64,000 nucleotides of DNA from Chrysomallon squamiferum (lineage: Eukaryota > Animalia > Mollusca), in contig CM022671.1 of NCBI GenBank assembly GCA_012295275.1, positions 24,180,001-24,244,000 on the forward strand, read 5' to 3'. The translations under genes were made by a program, and so were the position numbers. This document shows positions 56,421 through 64,000 of this stretch, piece by piece. Below the pieces are notes generated by a model that was not told the origin of the DNA, did no database searches, and worked only from the letters and a program-made list of their open reading frames with translations. Each line of letters opens with the position of its first letter. The stretch's first letter is position 1.

Positions 56421-57813
56421 ACTGCATTACATTATTTGCTACATTACATACTGAATGTAATGTACTGACGGAAAAAAAATATTATTTTATTACATTTATT
56501 CCACTCACCGGTATTCTCTCTTTTTCTTTTTTTCAAAAGGTATGATAAGCGATATGGAAACGGCCCTTGTGAAATCCAGTGCCAATGACGATCGAATCAA
56601 AGCGATAGCGGCTCAGTTAGACACAAACACCAGTAAGATTAATAATAATACTATATTTAGAATTGATTTTCACAGTGGTAATATTTATAATATTATTATT
56701 TATAGAAGTGATTTTCAGATGTTAATTTTTCATTAGAGTAGTAATAATTATTTAAAACATTATTATTCATGGTAATATTTTTTTATTGTGACGATATTAA
56801 TATTTATAGTAGGATTTTCATGATACTTGTTTTCATAACAGTAATATTCGTAAAGGTAATAATATTCATGATACTGATTTTCATGATGGTAATATTCATT
56901 CTAAAGAAAGTAGTTCCTATGACGAAAAGCGAAACTGCGTCCGGTCCAGACATCAGGCACCCATATTTTATATAAGTGATATCCGGCTAAGGTGCATAAC
57001 CTGCCATACCTTAGAAACGCCAATGTATTTCATAGACGTAGTTTTCATAATATTCGTTTTCATAACACTAGTTTTCATAATATTCATTTTATAACACGTT
57101 TTCACAATATTCGTTTTCATTACATAAGTTTACTTAATATTAGTTTTCCTAACAATAATATTCACAGTGATAATTCTCATTGAACAGAGTATGTATAGTA
57201 GCATCCATTTTTCGTAATATTAGTTTTTCATAACGGTAGCATTGGAAGTTGCAATATTCATCACAGTAGTATTAACGTTTGTATTCAGAGGTGGATAAAA
57301 AGAAGTTTTCATAAAAGTGGTATTCATAGGAATGTTATTTTTAATGGAAATATTTATAACAGTGGTTTCCTAACTTTCATAAAAGTAGAATGAATGAAAT
57401 CATATTGTCTCATTTTATGTTCAGCAGCTAATGATAATGAAATACTGCCATCTCGCAATTTCGGTGATGCTGCTATTTTGATACTTGGAGTTGTAGCTGT
57501 GACGTCATTGCGTACAATGTACATAGCAACAACAAATATCAAAATTGTAGACTATGTTTAAGCAAGCGAAATGACAAAAATGAAAGCCGCAACGAGTGAA
57601 ATAGCGGTAAAGTTTACTGTGGTAATATCATACGTAAGAATATTTGTGACTAGGTACTACTTGAAAGTAACCCAATATTCATTATATGTTTGTTCATAAT
57701 ATTAGAATTCTTCGTGTTATTAATATATTAGTGACAGTTAACTACCGATAGTTGGTGCATCATCATCAGTAGGAGTGGTGTTGGGTGTAATAGTAATAGT
57801 AGAATAGTAATAC

Positions 57814-57846
<33 letters not shown>

Positions 57847-58300
57847 CTCTACAGTAGTAGAAGTGATGGTCGTTTGTTTTATGATTTCATTCTAAAATAA
57901 ATTACGAATATCTGGAAGTATTTCACCTTTGTTTGTATGTATCTTAATGTAGTGACTAATGAACTGTTTCCATTGCTTTACTGCAACGTCTCAAATTGTC
58001 CTCACTGAAGACAGAGACTCTACGAATGAAACTATCGACTGTCCTAAAGGTTTCAAGAAAGTCTTGGGCCACTGCTATGGAAAATCAACACTTAATACAA
58101 GGACCTCAAATGCTCATGTAAGTATATTTATTTATTTATTTATTTATATGCTTTTGTTTGTTTGTTTGTCTTAGTGAGATGTGAGCCTAAAATACCGTTA
58201 AAAATCAGTTCGCATAGCAGAAGAATACGCCAACAATGACTATTTGTTAATCAGACAGTTCTCTTGTTCCTTATTAAATTATTTAATCTATGTTTACAAA

Positions 58301-58374
<74 letters not shown>

Positions 58375-58673
58375 TAAAAAATAAATAAAATAAAATAAAA
58401 TAAAATAAAAAATAGGCGTCTTCAGCATGTGATGTTTTTCTCTTGCAGGCACTCTGTACTGCATTTGGAGGCTATCTTATACAGGTGGAAACTCTTGATG
58501 AATGGTATCACTTTCAAAATTACATCTTCAGTGTCGGCCCTGGTATATTTTCATTTTCATTCAGTCATTGAAAATTTGGTATCAAATTGTCAGTTGATAT
58601 TATTACCCTTTCGTTATTAGTATTATTAACTGAAATTATTAACGGTTTCATTATCTACTTACTTATTACTATT

Positions 58674-58725
<52 letters not shown>

Positions 58726-59186
58726 TTTTTTTTTTTATTATTACTTTTTTTTTCTTAATTTCAAATCCGTTTACAAAACAGTTTAAAATGATTTTTTTTT
58801 CTTTACTTATTATTATTATTTTTTTTGTTGTTGTCTTCTCGTAAATTATTATTATAACGATGTTATATTCTAAGGTTAAATGTAATAGTAAAACATTACA
58901 GAAATAATCGGGGTTAAAAAATATTGGATTACTGAAATAATTACAGAATTCGGGTTGCTTTATCATACGTACAGGTAACTGAAATTCTTCATTTATAATT
59001 ATTAGCTACATCCACTTTTATTTTATAAATTATTTTGTGTGGTTTTTATTTTTATTTTTATTTTTTTTAAATTTTTTTTAAAGATCGCTATACAGTTCTC
59101 GTACGTTCTGTACTACTAGGTGTTTTAATTCCACCATATTTTTCTGCAGCCGTCTGCTGCATTTGTTTTTATTAAAGGCAATGATA

Positions 59187-59235
<49 letters not shown>

Positions 59236-59567
59236 TGTATGTATGTATGTATATATGTGTGTATGTATGTATGTATGTATGTATGAGTTTTACCATAGCC
59301 TTATCACACTACCTGGTATTTACTAATATCTCTGGTTTTTCAGAATCAGTATTTATCGGATTGTCCGATGCCATAAAAGAAGGCGAATGGGTGTGGAGCA
59401 GGGGCGGCAAAAGGCTTAATCTTACAAACATCTGGTCACCCGAGCAGCCAGACAACTGGTTCAACACCGAACACTCAGTCAATATGGTATACTGGCAAGG
59501 GTACACTTTCAATGACCTCTACTGGGCCAACAAATACGGCATCGTCTGTGAAATAGGAGATTTTTGA
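55005..59567 (+). CDS. Secreted coiled-coil + C-type lectin domain protein; exons 55005-55113, 55403-55567, 55973-56149, 56540-56632, 58011-58117, 58449-58542, 59344-59567
   Basis: Signal peptide MAGVLIQFFVVLILGYGVRC; heptad-like VKELTNAIDKLVKRLEDLDKQKTRL. The CTLD reads CPKGF..GHCY..AHALCTAFGGYLIQVET..FIGLSDAIKEGEWVW..WSPEQPDN..FND..IVCE. Phases are consistent; the 58011 acceptor is the weakest call. Confidence 0.85.
56640..57380 (+). repeat. Degenerate short-period (~12-30 bp) intronic tandem repeat
   Basis: The words AGTAATATTCAT and GTTTTCATAATATTC recur throughout, interrupted near 56910-57030. Confidence 0.65.
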
Positions 59568-60094
59568 GCGTAGAGAACACGTGAACATAAATGTGACCAC
59601 GTGGACTGTTTTAAAGAATTAAAAACCAAAAATGAAGTAGTATATACATAATACATACATAACAAACGTTCGTACGTAAGTACATACTTCTTACTGAAAC
59701 ACACACAGCACATATTAATAGTTGGTACATTTTCTTTTAACGGACGATAAAAGCAAGATAAAGGTAATATTTTCAGGATGTTTATGAGTCTGTATGTTTT
59801 TATAAAATGCATATTTCTGTTCCGAAATGACATCAAAATAAAAGGGAACATTTCGATTCTTCTCATGCACTTACGTGAGCTGTTTAATTTATTGTCAGAC
59901 TTTATGTTTATTATATGCTGTTCGCCGGTAAACAAAAAAAAGAAAGAAATAATAACTTGAAAATGTTTTTAGGACAATATTATACTTTAATAGCAATATT
60001 AGTTAATAAATAAATAAATTAATTAATATCTTTATTAACTTACCACGCGGAAATAACAAATAAAAAAAATTAATCTTTGACTATGTTTAGTATC

Positions 60095-60721
60095 TTATAT
60101 ATTGCATGTTTCCGGATTGACGGAATCGGGAACAGTCCACATGTTTATGTTATCGAAATAAGCTGCTCCTCCAGCGAAGTTTCGATACAGTAGGTAACAA
60201 CGAGCAGCTTTAATCCCCTGTAAAATAAAATGAAATGAAATAAAATAAAGTAAAATAAACTAAAAATGAAATAATAAAAATTGCGTCTCAGATTATAAAC
60301 AATGAGAATATTTTTTTTTTTTTTAATTTCAATTCATCATGATCGTGAACAACATCATCAAAATCATCGTCATTTTTTTTTTTTTTTTTTTTTTTTTTTA
60401 CTGATTTAAGAATACTTAAAGCTCAGTTCTTTGTCTCATTTTCATTATACAAAACAAACTAATGACCAATATCACTGTGTTAGGAGCGTCACTGTTCATT
60501 TCATTCAGTCTTTGTAATTTTACCTCATTAATGTGGACGTTCAGCGTTGCTTTTCGCCAGTGTGAATTTCCTTGTTGGAATGCAGCAAATTTCCCCCATA
60601 TATGAGATCCATCAGGTTTCTAAAAAAAAATGTACGAAAGAGCAAATCTTAGAATAGTATTTCTTTCTAAAACATTCACTTGAAAATTCTTCACAAATAT
60701 CGTGAGTAGATTAGATAAACT

Positions 60722-60816
<95 letters not shown>

Positions 60817-63144
60817 ATTATGAAAACATTTTTTGTCAGTAACCATATTGCACATACCTATATATCACAATAAATACTGTAATTTTCTGGATCGCTGTGA
60901 GCTGTGCCAGTCACTTTACTATATCCAGTCATAACGAACTGTTTAATACTAGAAATAGAAAATTTTTTACACAAAACAAATGAAATCAATAAGTTTGAAA
61001 TATTAGTCGAAACAAATGAAAATTAGCTGATAACAGAACTTTGCAGTAATAAAAAAGTCATAAGGAAACACGAGTTTAAAAATAATGGAAACGGATTTTT
61101 TTGGGGTTCCAGCCAAAAGTAGAGGTGTCTCACAGGAAAAATATTTAACACAGATCATACAGAAATATAGATTATTCACCAATGTTTTGATACCATTAGG
61201 CCTAATCGATGTGACCCTTACTATCTCAAGCAAGAATTCTTTACTCTTACGGTGGGTTAAATTCGAAGAGTTGATCTGCGCTGCCATTTGTAACTCTGAT
61301 AGAACTGCTTCCTTCTTGGGCTTTTGACGTCACGAAGGTGTAACCTCCGTGGTAGTCTTTCCATGATGTTTTTTCGTGGTTTTCAAATGAGTGGTCAGGA
61401 ACATTGACCTTCACGCATTTGTTCTGTGGAGTGGCCATTCCTGAACATTACAGATATTCCAGAAAATCATGAACACAAATTATAACAACAAGCTACAGTT
61501 TAAAATGAAGTGTGTTTCATAGAAACACGATTTTTCAAGAAAGTCCTTAATCAAAATAAACCTGCACGTGTACACACCATCACACTCATATACATACATG
61601 ACATACATACATACATACATAAATACTGCTATATCCGTAACAAATATTTATTTAGTATGCAGAGGTACATAAGCGAAACGAAGTGTGTAGATTTTGAAAT
61701 TGTATTTTTCAGATTTTCATGAAAATCCATAACAATTTGTGTTGTTCTGTTATAGTTCTTCTCTGAATTTTTAATTGTTACAAATGAATTGGTAGTCTAT
61801 GTTTTTCAGAAATATTCTGTTGTAAGTTTTAAAAGTATTTTGTTATTTGTTGTGTAACTGAATCTGAGAACTCACCTGAACCGAACACTCTCGAATAACG
61901 TCCGTGAGTTGGCGGGTTCCAGGCAACTATAGGTGGACAGGTACTCACCACAGAATGCAATCCAGATACCTTTATAATTAAAATATCAGTAACAAAAATT
62001 GACAATAATGAAACAAAATCTCTAGTGTTGGGAACCAAAATAGACACATTATGCGGAAAGAAGAAGAAGAAGAAGAAGAAGCAGTAGAAGACGAAGTAGT
62101 AGTAGTAGTAGTAGAAGTAGTAAGGAAAAAAGAGGAGATGAAGGGAAGTGGGAAAAAATAATCCAACAAAAACCAAAAGGAGAAGGAAAAAAAGGACAAA
62201 AGTAAGAGGAGAAGGAAAAATACATCAGAAAAGTAAAACGATAATAAAACAGTTTATACTGACAGAAATAGTCGTTCTCAGTGAATTCAGACCGGCTGAA
62301 TGGTGTGGAACTCCAGTGTTTGCTAGAAGGACATAGTAGTTAGAATAATGTTTCATTTTCTCATCGTAGATGGCCAAATAAACCTGTCAGAAAGGCGATT
62401 ATAACAACTTCTTCATTCAGTTCAAACTGTTTACAGACATTGGTACACACACAAATTGGCACACACCTAAATAAACACATTAACACATTCACATCCAAAC
62501 ACAGACACACTCACAAATAATATCATACACACGCATACGTATACTATACATAAAATAATTATTTTAAAATAGGTTTTTCTCAGACTATTTATATATATAT
62601 ATATATATATATGAATTTAAATATTTATAAAATTCGACATCAGCTTACATCATAGGTTCCTCTTTGAACAGACGAGGGAGAGTCGCACGGTCCCAGAAAA
62701 CACGTGATCACTTCCTGGTAACCAAGTCCTCACGTCAATGTTATCCAGATTAGCAGCAAAATAATGGTTACTATGAAAACAATATCAACAGATTAATGTA
62801 TATGAATCTGATCAGCTGACCAAGAGTTTCAGTCAAGAGGACCACGATATGTGTAATGTACTGTATACACATTTTAACTGGAAGATAATACTTATAATAG
62901 TTATATTATTATTATTATTATTACAAATATTACTGCTATTGCTACTATTGCTACTGTTACTACTGCGCTGTTGTTAGTGTTACTACTATACTGCTACTAC
63001 TACTTCTACTACTGCTGCTACAGTCGAAAAGTATTATTTATTATTTTTAAAGTTTTGCTATTAATTTTCTTTTTTTCTTAAAAAACTGCTTTTATCTTGA
63101 ATCACATTTGAGTATTATTTACTTTTTTGAGTGTCCTTTTTCTT

Positions 63145-63175
<31 letters not shown>

Positions 63176-63443
63176 TTATTATTATTATTACTATTTATTT
63201 TATTTTATTTATTTATTTTTCATCCTATTTTACCTTGATTGGGATTTCAACACAAGAGCAACTTTCCAAGGTTTGTGAGGAGCCGCAAAGCCCGTGTTTT
63301 CTAAAACAACGTGATAACACAGATTTCCCCCAGCGTCAACTGTATTTGGTAATATAACCTAAAATATACCAATGATAGTAAATAATCTTTAATATTGGCC
63401 TTTATCATATTTTTTTCCTTTGTTTCATTCATTTTTGAGCTTA

Positions 63444-63486
<43 letters not shown>

Positions 63487-64000
63487 TTTTTTTTTTTGTT
63501 AAATCAAATCCAGCCTCCTTTCTAAACAGTTCGAAGAATTATGATTATATTTAAAGTATCTGAACGAAGATTAGTTTTTCTAAAATGTATAAAAACAGTT
63601 AAACAGTAAATGAGTCAGAATAATAATGTTCATTCATCTTTATGTATTAATTCAGAATTATATATTTAATGATTTGAATCAAAATAATGATGATTATGAT
63701 GATGATGATGATGTTAAGTTGATGATTATGAAAATAAAATGGCGATGATAACGATAGTCATATGATGTTGATAATGATGATGACGATGATGATGATGCTA
63801 AGAAGTTCATTATGATGAAAATAATAATATCGATGGCGATGATGATGACGTCGATAATAAAGATGGTCATGTGATGCTGATAACGATGATGATGATGATG
63901 CATGATGACTATAATGACTTTCTTCAGTGACAGTCTGTAACCAAGACGTTTGTGTATTTCACTGAAGCAGCCTTGATTCTTCCAGTCAGAGAGAACATCC
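60095..64000 (-). pseudogene. 3' part of a DUF4832-like + carbohydrate-binding-module-like gene (runs off the window end); exons >64000-63919, 63358-63234, 62770-62649, 62383-62264, 61969-61876, 61440-61251, 60948-60858, 60619-60524, 60217-60095; frameshift ~62679 and in-frame TAG 60860-60858
   Basis: Spliced translation: DVLSDWKNQGCFSEIHKRLGYRLSLKK / VILPNTVDAGGNLCYHVVLENTGFAAPHKPWKVALVLK / ..IDVRTWLPG..GTVRL(fs)PSSVQRGTYD / VYLAIYD..YYVLLAN..GLNSL / .. / VPDHSFE..W..AQEGSSSIRV / ..NYSIYCDI* / KPDGSHIWGKFAAFQQGNSHW / ..CYLLYRNFAGGAAYFDNI. All introns are GT-AG. Pseudogene versus assembly error is unresolved. Confidence 0.72.

Noticed and set aside
60858-60860. Recoding (selenocysteine or pyrrolysine) of the in-frame stop
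   Set aside because: The codon is TAG rather than TGA, animals lack pyrrolysine, and the same gene also has a frameshift.

Overview
AT-rich eukaryotic (animal) genomic DNA with GT-AG spliceosomal introns and abundant microsatellites. The gene content and SINE fragments suggest a mollusc, but this is inference. I assembled nine multi-exon genes by hand from splice sites and reading phase: (1) a secreted F-type lectin + PAN/apple protein (+); (2) PRKRIP1 (-), head-to-head with (3) the voltage-gated proton channel HVCN1 (+); (4) a 3-beta-HSD-family SDR (+); (5) a secreted 3xSRCR + F-type lectin + PAN protein (-), paralogous to gene 1; (6) APPBP2 (-); (7) neuferricin CYB5D2 (+) with an apparent frameshift; (8) a secreted coiled-coil C-type lectin (+) that lacks its inner disulfide; (9) the 3' part of an intron-rich, bacterial-like DUF4832 + carbohydrate-binding-module gene (-), mostly missed by the ORF track, with a frameshift and an in-frame TAG. 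The most notable points are gene 9, the SRCR/F-lectin/PAN modular paralog pair, and several tandem duplications anchored on splice sites, one of which regenerates a donor suited to recursive splicing. Family assignments come from motif recognition only; no searches were run. Most entries in the ORF track are microsatellite artefacts.
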